Shown here in pieces: positions 9,666 through 19,514 of a DNA stretch of 64,000 bases. Numbering within the stretch: position 1 is the first letter of the stretch; each line of letters starts with the position of its first letter. Below the pieces are notes generated by a model that was given only the letters and a program-made list of their open reading frames with translations, made no database searches and had not been told where the DNA came from. The stretch is from contig OZ219791.1 of assembly GCA_964291215.2 (NCBI GenBank), forward strand, positions 800,001 to 864,000, written 5' to 3'. The position numbers and the translations under genes are program-made. The stretch comes from Alphaproteobacteria bacterium. GTDB taxonomy: Bacteria > Pseudomonadota > Alphaproteobacteria > MPNO01 > UBA830.

Positions 9666-11183
9666 TCAGGTCTCCTTCGCACGGATGGGTGCTGCGAGAG
9701 CCCGCTCGCGGGCTGCGGCATGATCGACAATCGGTGCGGGGTAGGTCTCGCCCAGGGTGCCGCCGCTGGCGGCAAGCCGGTCGGGAGGCGCCGTCCAAGG
9801 TTTGTGAATCCACCGGTCCGGGAGGGCGGCGATCTCGGGAATCCAGCGGCGCACATAGGCGCCTTCGGGATCGAATTTCTGTCCCTGCACGACCGGGTTG
9901 AAGATACGATGGTACGGGGCTGCGTCCGCTCCCGAACCGGCGACCCACTGCCAGTTTCCGGGGTTGTTCGCCGGATCCGCGTCGACCAGCATGTCCCAGA
10001 ACCAGGCCTCGCCCTCGCGCCAGTCAATGAGCAGGTGCTTGACCAGGAAGGATGCGGCCACCATACGGGCGCGGTTGTGCATCCAGCATGTATGCCGGAG
10101 TTCCCGCATGCCGGCATCGACCATCGGGTAGCCGGTCAGGCCCCGCCGCCAGGCATCTAGGCCGTGCGGATCGGAACGCCACGGAAACGAATCGAACCGG
10201 CCGCGCCAGTTCCGGGTCGCGATCTCCGGCCAATGAAACATCAGGTGATGGTTGAATTCGCGCCATGCGAGTTCGCGCAGGAACGCTTCGGCCGCCTTGG
10301 CGTGGGGCCCCGAACATATCCGAAGGGCCGCTGTCGCGCGCCACACCTCGGCCGGAGCGATCTCGCCCCAATGCAGATGCGGCGAAAGCCTCGAGGTGCC
10401 GATTCGGTCGGGGCGATCGCGGTCGTCGGGATAGGAGATCAACCCGTTGGCCAGGAACTGCCCGAGGCGCGCATGCGCCGCCGCTTCGCCGGGCGTCCAG
10501 GTTTCCGCAAGCCCGGCTGTCCGGTCCGGTGGCGAGGCAAGCAGTCCGAGATCGTCGAGCCTGCCGTCCTCGATGCCGTCAAGCGGCCTGATCGCGGTTA
10601 CTGCGCGCGTCGCCGGCGGCGGCCGGTACATCTTTCGCAGGCAATTCCAGAAGGGTGTGAAGACGCGGTACGGGGTGCCTGCGCCAGTGAGTACTGCGCC
10701 GGGTTCCGTCAGGAGGAAGCTGTTGAAGGTCCGGACTTCGACGCCGTCTGACGCGAGTGCGGTTTCGAGGGCAGCATCCTTGGCGGCCACTGCCGGTTCC
10801 GGGCTGCGGTTCCAGAACACTGTCCGTGCGCCGGTCTCGCGGGCGAGCTTCCTGATGGCCGCCGGCCCGCGCCGTAGCACGAGGCTGGTGCCTGCTGCCC
10901 GGAGGTCGTCGCCGAGCGCACGGAGGCTGTGATGCAGCCACCAGCGCGAGGCGCCGCCGGGCGGTCGGCCGCCGTCTCCGTCGAGAACGAACAGCGGGAT
11001 CACCGGCGCACCGGAGGTGGTGGCGGCCGTCAGCGCCGGATTGTCGCGCAGCCTCAGATCCCGGCGGAACCGGACGATGGCCGCGTTTCGGGAACCGATC
11101 TCTGCTACTCCTTCTTCGTGGACTGCTGCTTTACCGTTTTCGGCGACAGCCGTCACGCTCGGGAACGAAATTCCGGAGCGCAC
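9666..11183 (-). CDS. phrB: Class I CPD DNA photolyase, possibly decaying; start uncertain
   Basis: RRDLRLRDNPAL, TSRLSPHLHWGE, TGYPMVDAGMREL, MHNRARM, DADPANN, WQWVAG, RIFNP. Confidence 0.85.
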   Translation of the reverse strand: MRSGISFPSVTAVAENGKAAVHEEGVAEIGSRNAAIVRFRRDLRLRDNPALTAATTSGAPVIPLFVLDGDGGRPPGGASRWWLHHSLRALGDDLRAAGTSLVLRRGPAAIRKLARETGARTVFWNRSPEPAVAAKDAALETALASDGVEVRTFNSFLLTEPGAVLTGAGTPYRVFTPFWNCLRKMYRPPPATRAVTAIRPLDGIEDGRLDDLGLLASPPDRTAGLAETWTPGEAAAHARLGQFLANGLISYPDDRDRPDRIGTSRLSPHLHWGEIAPAEVWRATAALRICSGPHAKAAEAFLRELAWREFNHHLMFHWPEIATRNWRGRFDSFPWRSDPHGLDAWRRGLTGYPMVDAGMRELRHTCWMHNRARMVAASFLVKHLLIDWREGEAWFWDMLVDADPANNPGNWQWVAGSGADAAPYHRIFNPVVQGQKFDPEGAYVRRWIPEIAALPDRWIHKPWTAPPDRLAASGGTLGETYPAPIVDHAAARERALAAPIRAKET

Positions 11184-11222
11184 GGGCGCGAAGGCGAGGG
11201 GTCGCCGTTCAGCCGACGGCGA

Positions 11223-11783
11223 TCAGTCCTGTTCCAGCTCGCTGTCCCAGTAGAGGAAATCCCGCCAGCTCTCGTGCAGGTAATTCGGCGGGAACGCCCG
11301 TCCGTTCCGCTGCAATGCATGATTAGTCGGCTCGCGCGGCGGCGGCGACGGGACCATCCCGCATTCCTGCGGCATGCGGTCTCCCTTGAGAAGGTTGCAG
11401 TCCGAACACGCGGTGACGACGTTGGTCCAGGCGGTCTGACCGCCGCGCGACTTCGGGATGACATGGTCGAAGGTCAACTCCGAGGTTGACGGCGCGTCGC
11501 CGCAATACAGGCAAGCGAACCGGTCGCGCAGGAACACGTTGAAACGGGTGAAGGCCGGGCGTCGCGACAGCGGCACGTAACGTTTGAGCGCAATGACGCT
11601 CGGAAGGCGCATGGCGCAACTCGGCGAGCGGATCTCGCGTTCGTATTCCGAGACGATGTTCACGCGTCCGAGGAACACGGCCTTCACTGCATCCTGCCAG
11701 CACCACAGCGACAGGGGGAAGTAGCTCAGCGGCCGGAAATCGGCGTTGAGGACCAATGCAGGACAATCTTGCGCCGCAGACAT
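11223..11783 (-). CDS. HNH endonuclease (conserved alphaproteobacterial type)
   Basis: PALVLNADFRPLSYFPLSLW, RDRFACLYCG, DHVIP, NVVTACSDCNLLKG. Confidence 0.9.
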   Translation of the reverse strand: MSAAQDCPALVLNADFRPLSYFPLSLWCWQDAVKAVFLGRVNIVSEYEREIRSPSCAMRLPSVIALKRYVPLSRRPAFTRFNVFLRDRFACLYCGDAPSTSELTFDHVIPKSRGGQTAWTNVVTACSDCNLLKGDRMPQECGMVPSPPPREPTNHALQRNGRAFPPNYLHESWRDFLYWDSELEQD

Positions 11784-12370
11784 CGTTCCGGCTGTCCCCA
11801 AGCACTTTCGGCGGGAAGTGCCCGCCACAACAGGCAGATTATCCCGAACTCCGGCGACAGGCAATGCGGCCACGCACAGTTTCCGGGCACAATGCGTTCT
11901 CTGCATGCGCGCCGGCTGTTCGGGCGAGCGGGTGTTGCGGCGTCTCGACGGCGACGGTCGCGCCGAAGAAAATCCTGCCGTCATCGGAATACTGCCCGCT
12001 CACACGCAGGCGCAAACTTCCGTGCAGCATGCGTCTTGTCCGGGAGTCGGCTCGGACGGCCACGGTGCGGATTGCTGCGAACATTGGCTGCAATCCGGCG
12101 ATCAGTAACCGTTCCAGTCTGAGGACACTGCCGAGCTCGACATGACCGGCGCGGGCTTCACCCTCAAAACACGTTGGCGGCCCCATAGCAGACCTGAACG
12201 GCTGGCAGTCGCCGAAGCATTGGTCTGTATGCGTTCTTGAAGGGGGGTAACTGCTCACCCCCTGGTTCCGGCTTGATGTCGGGGTAGAGCAACGAACGGG
12301 TTTTCGTGGAGATTTGACACTGCATGCCGATTCGTTTAGTGGTGGTAATCGAGAACGACGGGGACCGCCA

Positions 12371-12499
12371 GTGAACTACTTTGGATCGAAGGCGACGAGC
12401 GGGCTGTGCCAGCTGCTTCCGGGGCTCCAGCCTCCGCATGATCTGTATGTGGAAACGCATCTCGGAGGCGGCGCGCTGATGAAGCGCAAGGCCGGGTGA
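12371..12499 (+). pseudogene. N-terminal fragment of a Dam/D12-class adenine methyltransferase inside the IS66 left end
   Basis: VNYFGSKATSGLCQ...PPHDLYVETHLGGGALMKRK; its TGA overlaps the transposase ATG. Confidence 0.65.
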
Positions 12500-13432
12500 T
12501 GGCGACGGTCAACGCGGCGCGCGAGGAGTTCGAAGCGGCCAAGACCGCGGCGCTGCCGGCAAGGTGCCGAAAGAGGCCGTGATCCGCGTCTTCGTCATCC
12601 TGCTCGACATCCTCATCGTCGTCCTTCTGGAGAAAACCACGCACGAGCCGGAACTCCGGTCTGCCGCCGTCACAGACGGACGAGAGCGTGCCGGAAGCAA
12701 GGGCCCGAAGCCGAACCAGCAGATGGGCGACAACCTGCCATCGTCGAGGAGACGGTCGCGGCCTGCGACGCCTGCGGCGCCGACGGCCCCGTCGAGCGCC
12801 GCACGACATCGTGTTCGAGGTCGTCGAGCGCCGCGCCGAGATCAAGGAATGCCCGAAGTGCAAGGCCCGGTTCCCCGACAACATCCCGTGCAGTACGGCA
12901 TCCAGGCCCTTGTCCCTGCTGGTCGCCCGGATGCTGTCCCTGCGCCGTCGCGCTCGTGCAGGCGATATCAAGCTCTCCGAGGCCTCGGCCATGCTTTCAC
13001 GATGCGTCATGGGAGGAGGCCGCCGTGGCGCACCTCCTGCAACGCCCGATGTCGACGATTTCGGATCAACAGCAAGTGGCTCCATGTCGTCGGGACGTGC
13101 AAGTTCCCGCACCGCAAGCAAGAGATCGGCCCGTGCTACAAGGGCGTCCTGGGCCTCGTACATGGCAGTGTAGCCACCAGCGGCAGCCACCTGCTGCGCG
13201 AACTGACCTTTGTCGTCGAGGCTGCCGCGCGACTGATGAAGAGCCTGCTCCCTGCCACAAGGTCAACAAGAGCGCATCCAAAACCCTGAACGACGCCGGG
13301 CGCAAGCGCTACCGCACCATCAGGGCGCCAGGGAACTGCCCGACATCCCGCCGAAAGGAAAACGCATCGCAAACGCGCACAACCTGCACGAACGTCTCGT
13401 GAAACACGAAAACCTGCGCTTCACAGACGACC

Positions 13433-15130
13433 ATCGCGGTAGGGAACCGGGTTACCCCCCGCACAGAACCGGACGTGCGCTGTTCGCATCCGGCTCCTCC
13501 CCTGACGACAAGGCGCTGGTTTGGCCACGGGTGGCGGATGCTGGCTCAGTGGGCAGCGGTGAGGGTGTCTATGTCCCCGGTGAAGTCCTTTTGGGAGCGT
13601 CGCCGAAGGGCACGCAGCTGTTTGCATTGGTGTATGAACTTCTGCAGGCTGCTTCCTGGAACGGCGTAGTAGCAGCCGTTGATAACTCACCACTTGGCCG
13701 TTTCGTGCCGGTTATCGTGCCACCGCCTGCGCAAGGCCTCCTTGATCCGCCGCAGGGTGCGGCGGATCCGTTTGCGAGATGGTTTGCGACCGACCCTGAA
13801 CCTGCCTTTCCTCGTCTGTTCGCAGAAGTGCGTCATGCCGAGGAAGTCGAACGTCTTGCCCACGCTTCCGGCGGTTTGCTCTGGCAAACCGACCGAACTC
13901 GATGATTTTCCGGGTGCAGTTCAAGTGGGCCAGTCTCTCCCCAAGGTCTCAGCGCCGCGCGTCGCCCAGACGCTGAAAGCCGCACACGAAGTCATCCGCA
14001 TAGCGGACAATGATCGTGTCGCCTCCAGCCATCCGCTTGCGCCAGTGGTTCTGGAACCAGTCGCACGTAGTGCAGGTAGACGTTCGCAAGGCATGGCGAT
14101 ACAATCGCCCCTTGCGGTGTTCCCTTGCCCGTATCCGACCAGTCGGTCCCTTCCATGACGCCGGCGTTCAGCCACTTGATGATCAGACCCCCCGATCCGT
14201 TTCCCGAGCATCGCGACCAGATGGTCGCGGTCGAGATTGTCGAAGAACCCACGGATGTCGGCGTCAACGATCCAGTTGACCTTCCGCCGTTCCACCGTGA
14301 CGGCATCGAGCGCATGATGCGCCCTGGCCGGAAGCCGTAACTAAACCCGAGGAACTCCGTCTCGTAGAGCGGCACCAGAATCACACCGCCCGCTGAAGAA
14401 TCTTGTCCTCCAGCGAGGCAATGCCAAGCGGTCGTTGCCCTCCATCCTCCTTGGGTATGTAAACCCCGGAGGCGCCCGGTACGCACCCCTGTGCACACGG
14501 GCGTGCAGGCAGTTCCACACCCTCCGCATACGCTTGCCACACAACGCCGTCCACGCCCGCCGCCGCGTCCTTCCTCAAGGAATGGAACGCATCGTGCAGA
14601 GTGTCGACCGTCACGTGGTGGAGTAAAGACGCTCTTCCGGGTTCCTCTTCGCTACCTGCGTTCAGCCGCCTGTGACCCCCGCTTCTGCGCGCGGCGCGGG
14701 CTTTGGCCAACCGCATTGCCCTTCCCTCCAGCAACTCCGCAGGCTCCGAAGAACCCTTGTTCGCCGCCTTCAACGGTACTATGGCCGAATCTGACTTCTC
14801 GTTCATCATCGGTTTACGGATTAGTTCCTTTCCTCTGCGGCCCCTCCACGACAGAGGGGCAATTGGAAGACCTCCCAGGTCCCTGCTTCGGCGCGTGCCA
14901 TGGTTCTCGGACCCCGCGGAGCCCCCCTCACCAACGCGGCTCGTTGCCTTCGGCCACGACCTCGGCACTCCGGTTTCAAAGCATCTCGTGGCTCAATAGC
15001 CTGCCGCTCCCCAACGCTTCGCCTGGCGCCTCACGACGCCCGACGCATGGTTCACGGAGAAAGTGGTGGTTAGCCTCTCTTCCTACCGGGACTTGCACCT
15101 GGCCACATTCCACCAGTTAGCCTGGCGCAC
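13433..15130 (-). mobile_element. Group II intron (IIB-like) with frameshifted RT/maturase and no En domain
   Basis: 5' GTGCGCCAGG; domain V GAGCCGGATGCG...CGCACGTCCGGTTC; 3' CCCTACCGCGAT; RT remnants RPLGIA, FSYGFRPG, TPQG, FDFLG; removal restores the IS66 reading frame FTDDPDVSFTNN. Confidence 0.92.
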
Positions 15131-15385
15131 CCGATGTCAGCTTCACCAACAATGCCGGAGAACAGAAGATCAGGATGGCAAAGGTCAGGGTATCCGGATG
15201 CTTCCGCTCCACGCAAAAGCATGGTGCCGGGGCTCAAGCTACCCCACCTCCATGGCCGCACTCGGCTACAACCCACTCGTCGCCACCCAGATCGCCCTCG
15301 ACGGAAAAGCCGCAGACATCATCAACGAGCACCACGACCAATCAGAACCCAACTAGGAGTGAGTAGATACGAAGGGGGATCAATT

Positions 15386-15970
15386 ATGCCGATCACCGCC
15401 GATTTAACGATTCGCGAAACCGCGGCTCTGTCGGGGTTTTCGAAGATAACCGTGGCAAAGTCCCTGGAAGTAGGCATTTTGTGCGCTGTAGATGCTCCGG
15501 CCCGCCTTCGCGGCGGGGCGACACGCTACCTCCCAATTCGTGCCGTGGCCTATTTCAGCTCCCTCAAGGCCGCCAGTCTCACTGACTTTCTCATGCGCCA
15601 CAAGCGGGTTATCCGGGAGCATCTGGTTAGCCTTGAGCTTCTACGCCTTGAAGTGATCGAATTCGCGCGCGGTACGGTGCTCGACCTGAAGTACCTGGCC
15701 GCAGACTCGCTGTGCGAAGGCGAGCGCTACCGCGAAGCCCGGAAGCGCTACATCACCTCCGATGCGGACATTCTGGGAGGCACGCCGGTAATCAGGGGAA
15801 CCCGCCTGACGGTCTATGCGATCTTGGCACGGCTGCAGGGCGGCGATACCGTCGACGATCTCGAAGCGGACTACCCGGAGCTGCCTCGCGAGGCGTTCAT
15901 GGCCGCCGCACTCTACGCCCATCCGCTTCTGGGACGTCCGTCGGGCAGGCCTTGGCGAAACGTCGCCTGA
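15386..15970 (+). CDS. DUF433-domain antitoxin-like protein with N-terminal HTH
   Basis: ITSDADILGGTPVIRGTRLTVYAIL...LEADYPEL; directly upstream of a PIN toxin. Confidence 0.8.
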   Translation: MPITADLTIRETAALSGFSKITVAKSLEVGILCAVDAPARLRGGATRYLPIRAVAYFSSLKAASLTDFLMRHKRVIREHLVSLELLRLEVIEFARGTVLDLKYLAADSLCEGERYREARKRYITSDADILGGTPVIRGTRLTVYAILARLQGGDTVDDLEADYPELPREAFMAAALYAHPLLGRPSGRPWRNVA

Positions 15971-16112
15971 ATTCCGACCCCCAACGGGCACATGCGCCTG
16001 CTTCTTGACGAGTGCCTGTTGCCGAGTATCGGTCAAGTACTTATGCCCGGGGCTTGCATGTCGCCATGAATCCGCGGGATTTCGGTGGTCTGGGTGCGTC
16101 GGACCACGTGGT

Positions 16113-17362
16113 CACATCCATCCCATGCTAATCACCTGAATCTAAAGTTCGTGGCATAAGTTTTGTTCGACGCGGAGACAGAAGCGCTTGACGGCGGCGA
16201 GGATTTCGTCGGCTGATTTGGTCCACTTGAAGGGCTTGGGATTTTCGTTGTGGGTTGAAGGCCCGAATGTCGGTTTCGAGTTGCAAGGTCGAGCGGCCAC
16301 GTTGCAACTGCTTGCGGGTCAGTTCGGCGAACCAGCGCTCGACCTGCACGAGGCGGATGTCGGCGTGAAGTGGACGTGCCAGTGCGGCCGCCGCGCCAGC
16401 CAGACCGCGGCGGTTTTGTGGGTGGCGTAGTTGTCCATGACGATGTCGAGGCCGTCCGGGACATTGCAGTCGATCACCTTGAGGAAGTCGAGGAACTCCT
16501 TGGCCCGGTGGCGTCTGTTGCCGATGACCGCGCCGGTGGCGATGTCGAGCGCAGCGAACAGCGAGGTCGTTCCGTTGCGCTTGTAGTCATGGGTGCGCCG
16601 CTCAGGGATGCCGGGCAGGACCGGCTGGGTGCGGGCCTGGCTCTTTTCGTCGACGCCCAGCGCGCGATCCGGCGGCGAGAGGCCGACGATGTGCGGACCT
16701 TATCGACGAAGTGCGGATCACGGGAGAGCTTGAACGTCTCGGCCCGTTGCGGCTGCAGGCGCCCCAGATGCGCCAGATCGACGTCAGCCCCGCCTCCTTC
16801 GCCATCGAGCGCAGCGACCAGTGGGTCGCGGGCGTCGAGGTGAGCGTGCGCTCGATCACTTCCGCCACCTTCTCGTCCGCGATGCTCCGCGGGCGTCTCG
16901 GCTCAGCCCCTCGATGCGGTCCTTGACAAAGCGCCTGCGCCACTTGCCGACGGTGTGCACGCCGATCTCTGCGGCCACCGCCTTGTTGCCAAGCCCGTCC
17001 GCGCAACGCAGGATTATGCGGCCGACAGCGAGCGCGCCACACGGTGGCGGCGAACCTGCGCCTCCAGATACGACCGATCACTCAAGACCAGCACCGCCAA
17101 GGGCCGTCCCGTGGCATCGCCATGACCTCCGTGTTCACACTCCGACCGCCATCATACAATCATACTTACTTCAGTTCCAGATGACTAATTCGGAGACGCG
17201 AAATCCGAATGTGTTGGGGTTCGGCTCATCACAGATCGCCTCCTTGATCGCAATTTTCGTGTCAAGAAGGCCCCATCGAGTCTTGGGAACGCGATTGCAG
17301 CGCGACGCAAACTGGAAAAATCTCGCCAGTCGTCGCTGGATTGGCAGCGTGGGATCATCGTG
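16113..17362. mobile_element. MITE copy 1 (ISAs1-type ends), interrupted by IS630
   Basis: TIRs CACATCCATCCCATGCT / revcomp CACGATGATCCCACGCT; 9-bp TSD CCACG(T/A)GGT; homologous to 17693-17884. Confidence 0.8.
16128..17188 (-). mobile_element. IS630-family element, degenerate
   Basis: CTAA at both ends; remnants [43 protein letters not shown]. Confidence 0.85.
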
Positions 17363-17692
17363 CCACGAGGTCCTGGAACGATGCGTGGAGATGGACCATG
17401 TGCTGGTAGCGGAGACTGCCAAGGACTTTCGTGCGCTGGTTGTCGTGCAGGATGTGCACCACGGCTTGATCGTGCTGTCGTGCGTCGGCCAAGCGCACTC
17501 GGAGAAATTGCCGAGCGCTGCGATCGATTTTCTTGTCCGACAGGACGACTCGATGGGCATCATGGTGAACCATGTTCTTGAAGTATTCACAGACGCGGAT
17601 ATGACGCTGTATCCGTTGCCAACGCGCGAGTAGCAGGCGACTTGCGCGATGCTGTCCACTCCCTTGTAACTTGAAGGAACGGGGGCTGGAGC

Positions 17693-17884
17693 CACGGCGA
17701 TCCCATGCTGATTCCGAAACGCGAAATCCGAGTGCGTTGGGGCTCGCGTCATCACAGGTTGCCCCTTGATCGCAATTTTTCGCGCCGAGAAGGTCTCATT
17801 GAGTCTTGGCGGCACGATTGCAGCGCGACGCAGACCGAAAAATCTCGCCGGTCGCCGCTGGATTAGCAGCGTGGGATCGTCGTG
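17693..17884. mobile_element. MITE copy 2 (192 bp)
   Basis: TIRs CACGGCGATCCCATGCTG / revcomp CACGACGATCCCACGCTG; perfect 10-bp TSD GGGCTGGAGC. Confidence 0.88.
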
Positions 17885-18096
17885 GGGCTGGAGCGCCCGA
17901 TCCGCGTCGCCGCGACGCGATGCGGGCGCAGTCTCGGGCCTGATCCGCTCAATGATGGCGAAGGCCTCTCCGGCGGCGGCAACGCCCGAATCCCGGGTTG
18001 TCGCTCGAAGGAGACGGAAATTTGGCCTCGGTCGCGGCGACTGAAAGACCGCGCATCGATTGGTTTGCCGCGCCTGTCTGCCGCCGTCGCGGCCCT

Positions 18097-18759
18097 TCAG
18101 CTGCCGAGGACGCGCGTCGCGAACTCGAGGCCGATCCCGATCCCCTCTTCGTCGATGCCGTGTCCGAGTCGGGGTCGGACATGCATGTCGGTGGCGACGC
18201 CGCACTGGCGCAGTATTGCCGCCGCCTTTTCCGTTTCGGAGACGTGGACCAGGGGGTCGTCGGCTCCATGCACGAGGGTGATCGGCGGTTTCGAGCGGAT
18301 TTCGTCGGCGAGCAGATCAGCCCCTTCCAAGCGTCCCGAATAGCCGAGTATGCCCGCGACCGCCGTTGCGCGCCGCGGTCCGACGAACAGCGACATCATC
18401 GTGCCTTGCGAGAACCCGACGAGGAGAAGGTTCTCCTCGCCGAGATCATGCGCCGCCAGCTGGCCAGTAATGAAATCGTCGAGAATCGCGGCGGCCGACC
18501 GGATCTCCGCGAGGCGCTCGGCCCGGCCCTGCTGCCACACGTCGTACCACTGGAAGCCGAAGGGCTGGGCGGCACAGCGTGCAGGAGCGTTGGGCGCCAC
18601 GAATGCGGCGTCCGGGACGACGGACGCAAAGGTCTGGCTCAGCGAGATCAGATCGTTGCCGTCGGCGCCGTAGCCGTGCAGGAACATGACGAGGTGGCGG
18701 GCGGTGCCGCCCGAAGCCGGTCCTGCCTGGGGTCCCGCGAGTCGAACCTCTCCGTTCAC
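18097..18759 (-). CDS. Phospholipase/carboxylesterase (alpha/beta hydrolase)
   Basis: LHGYGADG, GFSQG, HGADDPLV, GHGI. Confidence 0.88.
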   Translation of the reverse strand: MNGEVRLAGPQAGPASGGTARHLVMFLHGYGADGNDLISLSQTFASVVPDAAFVAPNAPARCAAQPFGFQWYDVWQQGRAERLAEIRSAAAILDDFITGQLAAHDLGEENLLLVGFSQGTMMSLFVGPRRATAVAGILGYSGRLEGADLLADEIRSKPPITLVHGADDPLVHVSETEKAAAILRQCGVATDMHVRPRLGHGIDEEGIGIGLEFATRVLGS

Positions 18760-18796
18760 CGGACTCGCCCTTCCGGCCTGATGGCTGACCTTGCGT

Positions 18797-19435
18797 TCAT
18801 TCTGCGTTTCCCTTCCTTGTCCGGACGGTGTTGAGGTAATGATGCCAAAGGATGCGCGCCGCAACGCTTCGCCACGGCCGCCAGGCTTCGCCGATCCCGG
18901 TCAGTTCGGCCGGGCCGGGGCGTGCGTCCAGCTCCTTTACGTCCTTCGCGGCGGCCTGGAGCGCGATGTCGCCGACCGGCCAGACATCGGGCCGCATCAG
19001 GCATGTCAGCAAGTAGACATCCGCGGTCCACGAGCCTATGCCCTTGATGCGCGTGAGTTCGCTGCGCACGTCGTCGTCTATCTTGCGGCCGAGGCGGTCG
19101 ATGCGAAGCGAACGGTCGAGAACGCTGTCTCCCAGATGGCGGATATAGCGGGTTTTCTGGCGGCTGACGCCGGCCGCCCGGAACTCCTGGTCCGACAGCT
19201 GTCCGACCCGTTCCGGTGTCAGGGATCCGGCAGTGGCGGTGAGACGCCGATAGGCTGCTTGCGCCGAACTCAGCGAGACCTGCTGTTCGAGAATCAGCAG
19301 GACCAGCGTCGCGTAGCCACCGGTTCGGCGCCACATCTTCGGGCGGCCGAACCGGCTGACGATCGCGCCGAGATCGGCATCCCGTTCGGCAAGCGTCGCG
19401 ACTGCGTCGTTGAAAGTCTTGTTGGTCAGGCGCAC
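18797..19435 (-). CDS. alkA: DNA-3-methyladenine glycosylase II family
   Basis: ILEQQVS, HhH motif IKGIGSWTA, WPVGD, WRPWRS. Confidence 0.85.
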   Translation of the reverse strand: MRLTNKTFNDAVATLAERDADLGAIVSRFGRPKMWRRTGGYATLVLLILEQQVSLSSAQAAYRRLTATAGSLTPERVGQLSDQEFRAAGVSRQKTRYIRHLGDSVLDRSLRIDRLGRKIDDDVRSELTRIKGIGSWTADVYLLTCLMRPDVWPVGDIALQAAAKDVKELDARPGPAELTGIGEAWRPWRSVAARILWHHYLNTVRTRKGNAE

Positions 19436-19514
19436 AATCGCTTCGCCGTCCTGCGATCAACATCGAAATCGTCGTGTTTCTGCTGATCGGACCTTATCCC
19501 ACACGCGTGTCGCC

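Larger units (their letters stand above)
12247..15370 (+). mobile_element. IS66-family element (single-ORF, ISBst12-like), degenerate and interrupted by a group II intron
   Basis: TIRs GTAACTGCTCACCCC / revcomp GTATCTACTCACTCC; perfect 8-bp TSD GAAGGGGG (12239-12246 and 15371-15378); transposase remnants including FTNNAGEQKIRMAKV. Confidence 0.92.
15992..17633 (+). pseudogene. DUF5615 PIN-like toxin split by a MITE and IS630
   Basis: 5' part MRLLLDECL...GGLGASDH (15992-16112, frameshifted); 3' part HEVLERC...KDFRAL...HHGLIVL (17363-17633). Confidence 0.75.

Noticed and set aside
9550-9948. N-terminal extension of the 757-aa YejA ORF (likewise the long SucB, SucD, EtfB and Apt ORFs)
   Set aside because: Read-through into neighbouring sequence in GC-rich DNA; family-typical starts lie downstream
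11839-12258. ORF with deaminase-like words (DDGRIF, HAENA)
   Set aside because: No PCxxC motif, its start lies in the IS66 TIR, and its composition is not convincing
13433-15130. RT as a retron, DGR or defence RT
   Set aside because: It has group II intron termini and domain V/VI, and its removal restores the host frame
17171-18205. 344-aa ORF with an internal repeat
   Set aside because: The repeat is two MITE copies read in frame by chance
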